Shown here: one piece after another, positions 10,349 through 19,245 of the stretch
How positions within the stretch are numbered: the stretch's first letter is position 1
Layout of the letters: every line of letters begins with the position of its first letter
Origin: an uncultured Clostridia bacterium
GTDB taxonomy: Bacteria; Bacillota; Clostridia; Christensenellales; UBA1242
Direction: 5' to 3'
Assembly: GCA_944350115.1 (NCBI GenBank)
Contig: CALVNZ010000001.1
Location: forward strand, 93,378 to 157,377
Length of the DNA stretch: 64,000 nt
Translations under genes and position numbers: made by a program
Notes under the pieces: generated by a model
Told to the model about the DNA's origin: nothing
The model's input: only the letters and a program-made list of their open reading frames with translations
Database searches by the model: none

Positions 10349-10510
10349 ATGCAGAAAAATTTTGTTCCTTTATATGTTGTAAAAAAAGGCGACACTTTAA
10401 ATTCTATCGCCAAAAAGTTCAATGTCAACCCCACGCAAATTTTGGTGGAAAATTACATCACGCCTGCTGGAATAAAAGAAGGCGTTATTCTTTCTATAAC
10501 CAAATCGTGA
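10349..10510 (+). CDS. Small LysM-domain protein (53 aa), missed by the 60-aa ORF track
   Basis: ATG at 10349 lies 6 nt after RBS agaggtg. Translation is MQKNFVPLYVVKKGDTLNSIAKKFNVNPTQILVENYITPAGIKEGVILSITKS, matching the LysM consensus (Y.V..GDTL..IA..F.v....l...N........G..L.I). Confidence 0.7.
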   Translation: MQKNFVPLYVVKKGDTLNSIAKKFNVNPTQILVENYITPAGIKEGVILSITKS

Positions 10511-10516
10511 CAAGAT

Positions 10517-11287
10517 TTATTTTGTTTTTTTCTTAAACATTTTGACAAAAAACTGTTCAATTTGTTTTTCATATTTTGTAGCAAGCCACATCACGACAAT
10601 CGCCATTGTCAAAATAATCGCCCAAACCACAAGTCCCCAACCTTGATATGGAATCACTTCGCCACTTCCTAAATAACTTGTCACAAAAACACCAACAGGC
10701 CGAGTCAATAAATTTGTCACAACAAAAAACTGCCAACTCATGTCTGTGACGCCAGCAACTAAACATAAAATGTCGTCAGGAAACATCGGCAAAAGCATCA
10801 TAAAAAAGAAAGCATATTTAGCTTTTGACAAAAATTTAACCCACTTTTCACAAGTGTCTTTGCCAACCATAAATGAGACAAGCTTTCTTCCAAATGCTCT
10901 TCCAAGCATAAAAGCAACCACGCTTCCAAGCAAAATTCCTGAAAGACTTAATAGTCCCCCTTGAAATGGCCCATAAATTATGGAGCCCGCAATGGTCAAT
11001 ATAGTTGAAGGAATAGGCACAAAAGTTACCTGCAAAAATTGCAAAAAAACAAAAGTGATTCTTCCCCAAAAACCTAAGTCTAGAATAAACAACCTTAATT
11101 TTTCGACTGAATTGAACTTGTCCCACAAATCTGTCCAAACCAAAATAAAATAAGTCAAAACCAAAAAAGCAGTTATTATTAAAATAACCACACTTGTGCG
11201 AAATACTTTTTTCCAAAAACTTAAACTATTTTCTGCCACAAAATTAATATAAGTAAATTTTGAAAAATTAAAACACAGAATTTCCAA
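10517..11287 (-). CDS. TVP38/TMEM64 (DedA-related) family membrane protein
   Basis: Motif block FLQFLQVTFVPIPSTILTIAGSIIYGPFQGGLLSLSGILLGSVVAFMLGRAFGRKL. Confidence 0.75.
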   Translation of the reverse strand: MEILCFNFSKFTYINFVAENSLSFWKKVFRTSVVILIITAFLVLTYFILVWTDLWDKFNSVEKLRLFILDLGFWGRITFVFLQFLQVTFVPIPSTILTIAGSIIYGPFQGGLLSLSGILLGSVVAFMLGRAFGRKLVSFMVGKDTCEKWVKFLSKAKYAFFFMMLLPMFPDDILCLVAGVTDMSWQFFVVTNLLTRPVGVFVTSYLGSGEVIPYQGWGLVVWAIILTMAIVVMWLATKYEKQIEQFFVKMFKKKTK

Positions 11288-11852
11288 TAAAATTTAATAA
11301 TTCTTCTTTTCCTTGGTTTGTCAAACTGCTGTGCAAAAAAACAAGTTCTTCCCTTACTTTTAAACTTTTTGCAATTTTTTGTTTAGCTAAAAATTGTTGC
11401 GCTTTTGAAAGTTTGTCAGCTTTGGTCGCGACGATAACAAAATTTCTTTGTGTTTGAATCAAAAAATTAAACATAACTTTGTCAAGTTCACTTGGCTCAT
11501 GTCGTAAATCCAGCAAAAACAACACAAGTTTTAAATTTTCAGAATTTAACAAATAATCTTCAATCAAACCTGCCCACATCTTTTGATTTGTTTTGCCTGC
11601 TTTGTGAAAACCATATCCCGGCAAATCAACAAAACGAAGTGACCCATCATTAATGTCAAAATAATTTATCATCTTTGTTACGCCGGGCGTGGAAGATGTT
11701 TTTGCGAGCCCCTTTATTCCACACAAATTGTTAATCAAACTTGATTTGCCAACATTGCTTCTTCCAACAAAAGCAAACTCGCAAACTCCATCGTTTAAAA
11801 GTTTGTTTTTGTCCACCACACTAATCAAGTATTTTGCAGAAGTTATTTTCAT
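11268..11852 (-). CDS. engB: Ribosome biogenesis GTP-binding protein YsxC/EngB
   Basis: G1 GRSNVGKSSLIN, G3 DLPGYG, G4 TKADK. Length is 194 aa. Confidence 0.9.
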   Translation of the reverse strand: MKITSAKYLISVVDKNKLLNDGVCEFAFVGRSNVGKSSLINNLCGIKGLAKTSSTPGVTKMINYFDINDGSLRFVDLPGYGFHKAGKTNQKMWAGLIEDYLLNSENLKLVLFLLDLRHEPSELDKVMFNFLIQTQRNFVIVATKADKLSKAQQFLAKQKIAKSLKVREELVFLHSSLTNQGKEELLNFIGNSVF

Positions 11853-11990
11853 ATTTTAATCATAGCATTTTAAACTAAATTTGTGCAAGTTTTTTTAGGA
11901 ACAAAAATTCGACAAAAAGTTCTTATCAATGTGTTTTGAAAAAATTGATTAATCATATAAAATAAATTCGTCGCATTAAAAGGAGAGAAA

Positions 11991-12464
11991 ATGTCAAATT
12001 TGTCAGCAGATGAACAGTGTTATAATAATGTCTTTTCAGATTTGAGATTTATTGGTTTGTCATGTTCACAAAAGGGTTTTACTTATCTGTGTATGACAAT
12101 TTTATTTGCCGTCCAAAACCCAATTTCATTAAAGTCTATAAAATCAAATCTTTTCCCAAAAGTTGCAAACTATTTTAACATTAAAATCGAAAATGTTGAA
12201 AGATCAATGCGACATTGCTTGGACGCAGCATATTTCAAAAACACATTAAAAAAAATTAACGAACTATTGGGGTTCAATTACATTTCTCCCTATGAAAAAC
12301 CTAGTTTAACAAATTTTATTTCGGTTTTAACTGAAAGAAACATAATTTTATATAACAAGATGATAAAAGAAGAAAGAGCAAAAAACAGAAACCTGTTAAA
12401 GTCAACTTTACCAATCTTCACTCCCCCAAAATCGACAACGTTTTTCACTTTTCCGCAACTTTAA
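11991..12464 (+). CDS. Stand-alone Spo0A C-terminal-like DNA-binding domain protein
   Basis: KGFTYLCMTILFAV..., LFPKVANYFNIKIENVERSMRHCLDAAY resembles the Spo0A_C pattern (KGY.YLREAI..., LYP.IAkky.tT.srVERAIRHAIE). There is no receiver domain. Confidence 0.5.
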   Translation: MSNLSADEQCYNNVFSDLRFIGLSCSQKGFTYLCMTILFAVQNPISLKSIKSNLFPKVANYFNIKIENVERSMRHCLDAAYFKNTLKKINELLGFNYISPYEKPSLTNFISVLTERNIILYNKMIKEERAKNRNLLKSTLPIFTPPKSTTFFTFPQL

Positions 12465-12496
12465 ACAAACTTTAAAAATAAGTTTGTTTTTTTTTA
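12463..12496 (+). terminator. Rho-independent terminator
   Basis: 10-bp stem aaacaaactt / aagtttgttt followed by a T-run. Confidence 0.65.
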
Positions 12497-12524
12497 TGAT
12501 TTTGCTAATATTAATTAGGAGCTT

Positions 12525-13076
12525 ATGATGAAGAAGTTTTTTAAAGATTTTAAAGCCTTTATATCAAAAGGAAATGTTTTAGATTTGGCAATAGCAGTCA
12601 TTATGGGCACATCTTTTAGTGCAATAGTCACAGCGCTTGTAAACAGCATATTAATGCCACTTATTTGTTCGATTTTTGGCGCAGAAACTGTCGAAGGCCT
12701 TGCATTTTATGTTAATGGGACAGCTATTCAATATGGCGTTTTTTTACAAGCCGTGATTGATTTCTTGCTTATCGCATTTATCCTTTTCCTCATCATGAAG
12801 GCTGTGATGAGTGCAAAAGGTTTCACTGAAAAAACTTTTAAGGCCTTGCCAACCCGAGCTGAACGCAAAGAGCTTAAAGCTCAGGGCGTGAATTTGAAAA
12901 ATCGCAGAGAGACGATTGAAGCCACAAGAGCTTTAAGAGAATCCAAAAAACCTGCGCCAGTTCCGCCGAAGCCAACAAGTGAGGAGCTTTTAGCGCAGAT
13001 TTTGACAGAACTCAAAAAGCAAAATGAAACCAAGGTGGAAAGCACTGAAAAAAGTGAAGAAAAAACAGCTAAGTGA
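12525..13076 (+). CDS. mscL: Large-conductance mechanosensitive channel MscL with an extended charged C-terminal tail
   Basis: FKDFKAFISKGNVLDLAIAVIMGTSFSAIVTALVNSILMPLI is the canonical MscL N-terminus and TM1. Confidence 0.9.
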   Translation: MMKKFFKDFKAFISKGNVLDLAIAVIMGTSFSAIVTALVNSILMPLICSIFGAETVEGLAFYVNGTAIQYGVFLQAVIDFLLIAFILFLIMKAVMSAKGFTEKTFKALPTRAERKELKAQGVNLKNRRETIEATRALRESKKPAPVPPKPTSEELLAQILTELKKQNETKVESTEKSEEKTAK

Positions 13077-13086
13077 TCGCTGTTTT

Positions 13087-13479
13087 TTATTTTGATATTG
13101 TTGAAATTGCCTCGTCTTGGCGTTGTTGCAAAACCTCCGATTTCCTATCCAAAAAATCTGTCCAATCCACATACAAATCAATCGGGGTTTTACCTGTTAT
13201 TTTGATGAAGGCTTTTTCAAAAGCTGGATTTTCAAATGCGATGTCAGAATCGCTGAGTTTGACATATGTGAAATATCTTCTGATCTTGTCCTGCACAAGC
13301 TCAACTGGAATGGTCAGCATGCCGTCGGCATAATCAAATCCGTTTTCTTCATAAGCACAACCATTTAAGTCAAAATCCTGCACACGGCCATCTTCTGCCC
13401 AAGTTGAAAATGAAACAACTCGCAATTTTTCGCCGTGTAAAAAGTCTATAATTTCCTTATTTTTTAAAAAGTTTATCAT
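13087..13479 (-). CDS. Hypothetical 130-aa protein, tandem paralog A
   Basis: RBS aaggagag. Paralogous to the adjacent 13492..13884 product: shared M(I/V)NFL.N.E(I/V)I.FL N-terminus, RLSD/KLSD core and DLY.DW block. Confidence 0.6.
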   Translation of the reverse strand: MINFLKNKEIIDFLHGEKLRVVSFSTWAEDGRVQDFDLNGCAYEENGFDYADGMLTIPVELVQDKIRRYFTYVKLSDSDIAFENPAFEKAFIKITGKTPIDLYVDWTDFLDRKSEVLQQRQDEAISTISK

Positions 13480-13491
13480 CTCGCTCTCTCC

Positions 13492-13884
13492 TTACAACGT
13501 CCTGTCGTCTTCGCCATTTACAGCTTTGTGATATTCCTCCAACATCGCACCACTTCTCTCTTCAACAAAAGGTTCGAGTTGATCGAGATAATTCATCCAA
13601 TCGTAATAAAGATCTTGCTGAGTTTTTTGAAGCTTTTCAAAATAATCCCGCTTGAAAAGCTCGCTGTCAAAAGTTATATTATCATCGCTCAAACGCACTT
13701 GTGTGGTTCTGCTCAAACCGCACCTCGCATAGCTTACTATAACCAGAAGCTCTCCCTTTGAATATCTGAATCCTGTGCAATCAAATGCGCAGCCTTTTGG
13801 ATCCAACTTGTCTGCAAAATGAGCTTTTAATCCTTCGTCTTCCAAAAATGCTATCACCTCTTCGTTAGTTAAAAAATTTACCAT
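13492..13884 (-). CDS. Hypothetical 130-aa protein, tandem paralog B
   Basis: RBS aaaggag. Same length and motif order as 13087..13479. A 12-nt gap to the next gene suggests an operon. Confidence 0.6.
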   Translation of the reverse strand: MVNFLTNEEVIAFLEDEGLKAHFADKLDPKGCAFDCTGFRYSKGELLVIVSYARCGLSRTTQVRLSDDNITFDSELFKRDYFEKLQKTQQDLYYDWMNYLDQLEPFVEERSGAMLEEYHKAVNGEDDRTL

Positions 13885-13939
13885 ATCAATCTCCTTTGAG
13901 CTATTTTAACATGGTTGATTTGAGATGTCAATACCGGTT

Positions 13940-16174
13940 TTAATTGAAAAGTTCTTTAATTTTCTTTTCTTGCTCCTTAATCAAACTTGTGAGCATTGTA
14001 AAGCGTTTGACCGTGTAGGCGTTTGCCACCATGCGACGCAAATTTTTCTTCTCTCCAACAAGCACCACCATTTTTTTGGCACGAGTGACGGCCGTGTAGA
14101 TCAAGTTTCTGGTCAAAATCATGCTGGTGCCAGCGATGATCGGAATCACCACCACATCAAACTCTGAACCTTGCGACTTGTGGATTGTGATGGCATAAGC
14201 AAGTGAAATTTCGCTTAAATCTGTTCGAGCATAATTACAAACTCTCCCGTCTTCAAATTTCACTGTCGTTTCTCCTGTTTGATAGTCAATCCTAATAATT
14301 TCACCAATATCACCATTAAAAACACCTTCCCCTTCTTCCATGACAAACCCATTTCGCTTTTGCCAAGTTAAATTATAATCGTTTGATGTCTGCATGATTT
14401 TGTCGCCTTCACGGAAAATAGTCGTTCCCACATTAAGTTCTGTTTTGCCTTTCTGTTGTGGATTTAAAATATCTTGTAAAGTTCTGTTTAAATTATCAAT
14501 TCCACACACTCCTGCTTTAAGAGGTGCTAAAACTTGAATTTGTGACGAATCTATATGAAAATATTGAGGAATTCTTTTTGTCACCATTTCTATAATAGAT
14601 GAATGAATATCATTTAAATCTTCTTTTTGCTCAAAGAAGAAATCTTTTGATTTATTGTCAATTACTGGCATAACTCCGTTATTAATCAAATGTGCATTAG
14701 AAATAATAAGGCTGTCATCTGTTTGTCTATAAATTTTAGTGAGCATCGTCACAGGGAAAATTTCGCTTTTTAAGATGTCACCAAGCACATTCCCTGGCCC
14801 CACGCTTGGCAATTGATCCTTGTCACCAACTAAAACAAGGCGAGCATCTCTCGGCAAAGCTTTTAAAAGAGAACTCATAAGCATAACATCAACCATGCTG
14901 ACTTCATCAACAATCACCGCATCAACATCAAGCGGGTTGTTTTCATTGTGAACAAAACGGCTTCCTCTGTCAAAATCACCATTTACTTCAAGTGCACGAT
15001 GGATTGTTTTGGCTTCCATGCCTGTGCTGTCAGAAAGTCTTTTTGCAGCTCTCCCTGTTGGAGCAAGCAACATGACTTTTTCTTTTTGATTCGTTAAAAT
15101 GTCGATAATGCATTTCACTATTGTAGTTTTACCTGTTCCTGGCCCGCCTGTTATGATTGAAACTCCATTGTTAACTGCGCTTTCAATAGCCTTTTTTTGA
15201 TCAATGTGAAATTCAACTTTGTTTCGAAATTCAAAATCTTGAATTTCATTTTGAACATCAATTTTTTCATTTTCGCTAGCATTCATTAGCAAACAAAGTT
15301 TTTGTGCGACAGAATATTCATAACGATAATATTTAGAAAGCATGACGATCTCAATATTTTCATGCCAAAAATCCATGCAAGTCCTATCTGAAACAAGCTG
15401 GTCTAAAACTAAATCAAAAACTTCTTGATAATCGCTTTGATTAAGGCCTAAAATTTCAGCTGTGCTTGAAAAAAGCAAATGTTTGGGCATAAAAGTGTTG
15501 CCATTTTTTTCAGTTGAATTTGTCAAAGAATAAACCATTCCAGCTCGAACTCTGAATTCGCTATCCGTTGGGATTCCGATGTTTTGCGCAATTTTATCAG
15601 CAGTCAAAAACCCTATTCCTTCAATATCTTCAACTAATTTGTAAGGATTTTTTTTAACAATTTCAACTGTATTAGAACCATAAACATCAAAAATCTTTAA
15701 CGCCATATTAACCGTCAAATTATATTCTTGCAAAAACATCACTGCATTTTGAATAGCTTTCAATTCGCCAAACTTTGCAGCAATGTCAAAAGCTTTGTTT
15801 TTGCTGATTCCTTTGACTTGTGTTAGTCTTTCTGGTGCCATTTCAATAATTGAAAAAGTGTCAGCTTTAAATGTTTTAACAATGTTTTTCGCTGTCACTG
15901 GCCCTACGCCTTTTATAAGTCCAGATGACAAATATCTTTCTATCCCAAGCAAAGTTTGTGGCAAGGTTATTTCATAATTTGAAAAAGCAAATTGATATCC
16001 AAACTTTTTGTTATGAACAAATTCGCCCTCAAGCACTAGGTTTTCGCCCACATTTGCAGCAATCATTTTACCAACAATTGTCACCGGAGTGTTGTTATGT
16101 GAAAGCACGGCCACTGTGTAACCATTTTCATCGTTTCTAAAAATTACTTCTTCTATTGTCCCTTCAATTTGCAT
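13940..16174 (-). CDS. recD2: RecD2-type SF1B ATP-dependent DNA helicase (YrrC-like)
   Basis: N-terminal OB/HhH region. Walker A GGPGTGKTT, Walker B VDEVSMVD, GDKDQLPSVGPG, and C-terminal AITIHKSQGSEF..TAVTRAK. Confidence 0.9.
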   Translation of the reverse strand: MQIEGTIEEVIFRNDENGYTVAVLSHNNTPVTIVGKMIAANVGENLVLEGEFVHNKKFGYQFAFSNYEITLPQTLLGIERYLSSGLIKGVGPVTAKNIVKTFKADTFSIIEMAPERLTQVKGISKNKAFDIAAKFGELKAIQNAVMFLQEYNLTVNMALKIFDVYGSNTVEIVKKNPYKLVEDIEGIGFLTADKIAQNIGIPTDSEFRVRAGMVYSLTNSTEKNGNTFMPKHLLFSSTAEILGLNQSDYQEVFDLVLDQLVSDRTCMDFWHENIEIVMLSKYYRYEYSVAQKLCLLMNASENEKIDVQNEIQDFEFRNKVEFHIDQKKAIESAVNNGVSIITGGPGTGKTTIVKCIIDILTNQKEKVMLLAPTGRAAKRLSDSTGMEAKTIHRALEVNGDFDRGSRFVHNENNPLDVDAVIVDEVSMVDVMLMSSLLKALPRDARLVLVGDKDQLPSVGPGNVLGDILKSEIFPVTMLTKIYRQTDDSLIISNAHLINNGVMPVIDNKSKDFFFEQKEDLNDIHSSIIEMVTKRIPQYFHIDSSQIQVLAPLKAGVCGIDNLNRTLQDILNPQQKGKTELNVGTTIFREGDKIMQTSNDYNLTWQKRNGFVMEEGEGVFNGDIGEIIRIDYQTGETTVKFEDGRVCNYARTDLSEISLAYAITIHKSQGSEFDVVVIPIIAGTSMILTRNLIYTAVTRAKKMVVLVGEKKNLRRMVANAYTVKRFTMLTSLIKEQEKKIKELFN

Positions 16175-16258
16175 ATTTAAATTTTAACACCCAAGCGTAA
16201 GAAAAACAAGCAAAAATAGTTGCGATATTCAAAAAAATGTTTATAATAAAATATAGTT

Positions 16259-16642
16259 ATGAAAATAGCACAAAAAATTTTAGAAATAGAAGCGTTATGC
16301 GAAAACCTTCTCAAAAGACACACTGACGGCGGATTGCTGAAATTTAAAGTACTCGCTTTTGCAAAACTTTATGCAAACCTTTCCGTAAGCATGATTATTG
16401 AAAAACTTGGAATAAAAAAATCAAACTTTGCACTTTTGACTGCCGAACTTGAACATGAAGGTTTGTTGACTATTGAACAAGCTGAAATTGATAGACGATG
16501 TCGCGTGTTGAAATTGACAGAAAAAGGCGAAAAAGAACTTTCCGCTTTTTATGATAAAGTTGAAAATGACCTTACTGGTCATGATATTGACACTGAACTT
16601 CAAATCGACATATTAATTAATTATCTAAATAAAAGGATTTAA
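16259..16642 (+). CDS. MarR-family winged-helix transcriptional regulator
   Basis: LLTAELEHEGLLTIEQAEIDRRCRVLKLTEKGEKEL matches the recognition helix and wing pattern. A 2-nt gap to cysS suggests co-transcription. Confidence 0.6.
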   Translation: MKIAQKILEIEALCENLLKRHTDGGLLKFKVLAFAKLYANLSVSMIIEKLGIKKSNFALLTAELEHEGLLTIEQAEIDRRCRVLKLTEKGEKELSAFYDKVENDLTGHDIDTELQIDILINYLNKRI

Positions 16643-16644
16643 CT

Positions 16645-18006
16645 ATGATAAAATTATACAATTCTTTAACAAGGACAAAAGAGGATTTCACACCATACAA
16701 AGACAATATTGTAAAGATGTATTCTTGCGGACCAACAGTTTACTCTTATCCTCACATTGGAAACATGCGTGCTTATCTTTTTATGGACGCTTTAAGAAGA
16801 ATTTTAAAATATAATGGGTACGAAATAGACGGCGTCATGAACATTACTGACGTCGGGCATTTGACAAGTGACGAAGATGAAGGCGAAGACAAAATGATCG
16901 TCGCAAGCGAAAAAGAACACAAAACACCTGAAGAAATTGCAAAATACTACACTGACATTTTTATGGGCGAAATGAAAAAATTAAACATTGACCTTCCAGA
17001 ACACATTTGCCCTGCAACAAGTGTTGTGCCTGAAATCATTGTGTTTGTAAAAACTTTGCTTGAAAAAGGTTTCGCTTATGAAACATCAAAAGGCATATAT
17101 TTTGACATCGCCACCTTCCCTGAATATGGCAAACTTGGTGGAACAGGTCTTGATGAAAAACTTGCTGGTGCAAGAATTGAAATTGATGATGAAAAACGCC
17201 ACCCAGCCGATTTTGCTCTTTGGATTAAAGCTCCAAAAAACCACATTATGAAATGGGATAGCCCTTGGGGGAAAGGATATCCAGGTTGGCATATCGAATG
17301 CAGCACAATTGGAATGAAATTTTTAGGATCTCACATAGACATCCACACAGGCGGTGTTGAACATCGCCCTGTTCACCATGAAAATGAAATTGCGCAAGAT
17401 GACTGCTATGCAGGTCATCAAGTGGTCAAAACTTGGATGCATCTTGAACATCTTTTGGTGGATTCAAAAAAAATGAGCAAATCTCTTGGCAATGTTTATA
17501 AACTAGCCGATCTAGAAAAGAAAGGCTTTAAAGCAGAAGATTATCGTTACTTTTTCTTCACCACACATTATGCAAAACAACAAAACTTCACATGGGAAGG
17601 TTTGGAAAGTGCTAAAAATGCATTAAAGTCTTTAAAAGCTATTGCAAATGAACACAAAATCGCTAGTGAAACAACAAAAATAAAAGTTCAAAAAGCAGAG
17701 GACGCTTTTTTGGAAGCCATAAATGACGACATCAACATGCCAAAAGCTTTGGGCGTTATTTGGACTATGTTGAAACTTCCAAGAGACAGAAGAATTTATG
17801 ATTTACTTATGAAATTTAATGCCGTTTTAGGCTTTGATTTTACAGAGGAAATCATTCCAACGCACATTCAAGAACTTGCAAAACAACGCTGGGAAGCAAA
17901 ACAGGCACGCGATTTTGCAAAAGCGGATGACTTGCGCGCAGAAATATTAAAAAAAGGCTATGAAATCAAAGACAGCGCCAACGATTACGAAATCTTGAAA
18001 AAATAA
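16645..18006 (+). CDS. cysS: Cysteine--tRNA ligase
   Basis: Class I motifs HIGN (PHIGNMR) and KMSKS. Zinc-site residues are in the expected order. Confidence 0.95.
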   Translation: MIKLYNSLTRTKEDFTPYKDNIVKMYSCGPTVYSYPHIGNMRAYLFMDALRRILKYNGYEIDGVMNITDVGHLTSDEDEGEDKMIVASEKEHKTPEEIAKYYTDIFMGEMKKLNIDLPEHICPATSVVPEIIVFVKTLLEKGFAYETSKGIYFDIATFPEYGKLGGTGLDEKLAGARIEIDDEKRHPADFALWIKAPKNHIMKWDSPWGKGYPGWHIECSTIGMKFLGSHIDIHTGGVEHRPVHHENEIAQDDCYAGHQVVKTWMHLEHLLVDSKKMSKSLGNVYKLADLEKKGFKAEDYRYFFFTTHYAKQQNFTWEGLESAKNALKSLKAIANEHKIASETTKIKVQKAEDAFLEAINDDINMPKALGVIWTMLKLPRDRRIYDLLMKFNAVLGFDFTEEIIPTHIQELAKQRWEAKQARDFAKADDLRAEILKKGYEIKDSANDYEILKK

Positions 18007-18024
18007 ATTTAAAAGAGGAAAAAA

Positions 18025-18621
18025 ATGAAAGTCTTGCTTTTAAATGGCAGTCCTCGTGAAAAAGGTTGCACTTATACCGCATTAAAAATCATTGCTGACG
18101 AACTTGAAAAAGAATCAATAAAAACTGAAATTATAAATGTCGGTTCAAAATCGATTTCTAGCATAGGCACAGATGATGCTGATTCAAGTGAATTTGTAAC
18201 CTCAATTGCAAAAGAAATTAAAAACTATGATGGCTTTGTTTTTGGCTCTCCTGTTTATTATGCTTCACCAAACGGCACTTTCATCAGTTTTTTAGATCGT
18301 TTGTTTGCCTGTTGCAATGACTTTGCACAAAAACCAGCCGCATGCATCGTTTCTTGCAGAAGAGGTGGTGCGTCAAGCAGTTTGGAAGTTTTAGAAAAAT
18401 ATCCACAATTTTATTCAATGCCACTTATTTCATCAAATTACTGGAACATGATTCATGGCAACACTCCAGAAGAAGTTATAAAAGATGAAGAAGGCGTTCA
18501 AACAATGCAAGTGCTTGGAAAAAACATGGCTTGGATCTTAAAATGCATTGAAAATGGAAAAAAACAAGGCATTCACCCTCCTAGTTTGCCAACAAAAATT
18601 AAAACCAATTATATTCAGTAA
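18025..18621 (+). CDS. Flavodoxin-like fold NAD(P)H-dependent FMN reductase family protein
   Basis: MKVLLLNGSPREKGCTY start and FGSPVYYASPNG are typical of the FMN_red/Isf-like family. Confidence 0.75.
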   Translation: MKVLLLNGSPREKGCTYTALKIIADELEKESIKTEIINVGSKSISSIGTDDADSSEFVTSIAKEIKNYDGFVFGSPVYYASPNGTFISFLDRLFACCNDFAQKPAACIVSCRRGGASSSLEVLEKYPQFYSMPLISSNYWNMIHGNTPEEVIKDEEGVQTMQVLGKNMAWILKCIENGKKQGIHPPSLPTKIKTNYIQ

Positions 18622-18647
18622 AAAATCGCTAAATGCGATTTTTTTCT
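18622..18647 (+). terminator. Rho-independent terminator
   Basis: aatcgc-taaat-gcgatt stem-loop followed by a T-run. Confidence 0.6.
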
Positions 18648-18675
18648 TTATCCCTTTCATTGATGATAAATTAAC

Positions 18676-18704
18676 TTGCAAATAAAAACGCAACATGATA
18701 TAAT
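18676..18704 (+). promoter_or_regulatory. Sigma-A-type promoter with extended -10, driving the repeat array and tRNA-Leu
   Basis: TTGCAA (18676-18681), 17-nt spacer, TGaTATAAT (18696-18704). Confidence 0.6.
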
Positions 18705-18792
18705 TTACTAGTTTTTGATTAAACAAATTGCGCATTAAATCCGAAGGCTATAAGCAAGATTTTAGTCAAAACAACTTCGCAAAGCAAACTCC

Positions 18793-19239
18793 TTTTATGT
18801 GGCATATTGTAAGTTTATTTTTAACAAGCGGCGCGTCAGCGACATTTGATTAAAAATAAACGAAACAACAGCGCATAAAACACAAAGCCAAAGGCTTTGA
18901 AAGCGGAGCTTTGTTGTAAGTTCATCTTCGCAAAATCAAATTAGTTTTATGTGGCATATTGCAAGTTTGTTTTTAACAAGCGGCGCGTCAGCGACATTTG
19001 ATTAAAAATAAACGAAGCAACAGCGCATAAAACACAAAGCCAAAGGCTTTGAAAGCGGAGCTTTGTTGTAAGTTCATCTTCGCAAAATCAACTTTGTTTT
19101 ATGTGGCATATTGTAAGTTTATTTTTAACAAGCGACGCGTCAGCGACATTTGATTAAAAATAAACGAAACAACAGCGCATAAAACACAAAGCCAAAGGCT
19201 TTGAAAGCGGAGCTTTGTTTTGAGCAAGCTCAAAACGTG
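18793..19239 (+). repeat. Three tandem copies (152, 152 and 143 nt) of a hairpin-forming non-coding unit, candidate structured RNA
   Basis: Units start at 18793, 18945 and 19097 and differ at only a handful of positions (three inside the hairpin between units 1 and 2, plus the tail). Each folds on paper into a ~90-nt hairpin plus the short hairpin caaagcc-aaa-ggctttg. One compensatory pair change separates units 1 and 2. Confidence 0.85.
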
Positions 19240-19245
19240 TTTTAT

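Noticed and set aside
10342-10536. 64-aa plus-strand track ORF (GTG start)
   Set aside because: Its product has implausible Cys/Arg/His/Lys-rich composition. The overlapping frame from 10349 encodes a clean LysM domain with a proper RBS.
16175-16644. T-box leader upstream of cysS
   Set aside because: cysS starts 2 nt after the MarR-family gene, and there is no room for a ~200-nt leader. The 84-bp region upstream of marR shows only a promoter-like TTGCGA / TATAAT.
18793-19239. Could the tandem repeats upstream of tRNA-Leu be a CRISPR array?
   Set aside because: The whole 152-nt unit is repeated with no unique spacers. The period is far longer than repeat-plus-spacer units in CRISPR arrays, and there are no cas genes in the window.
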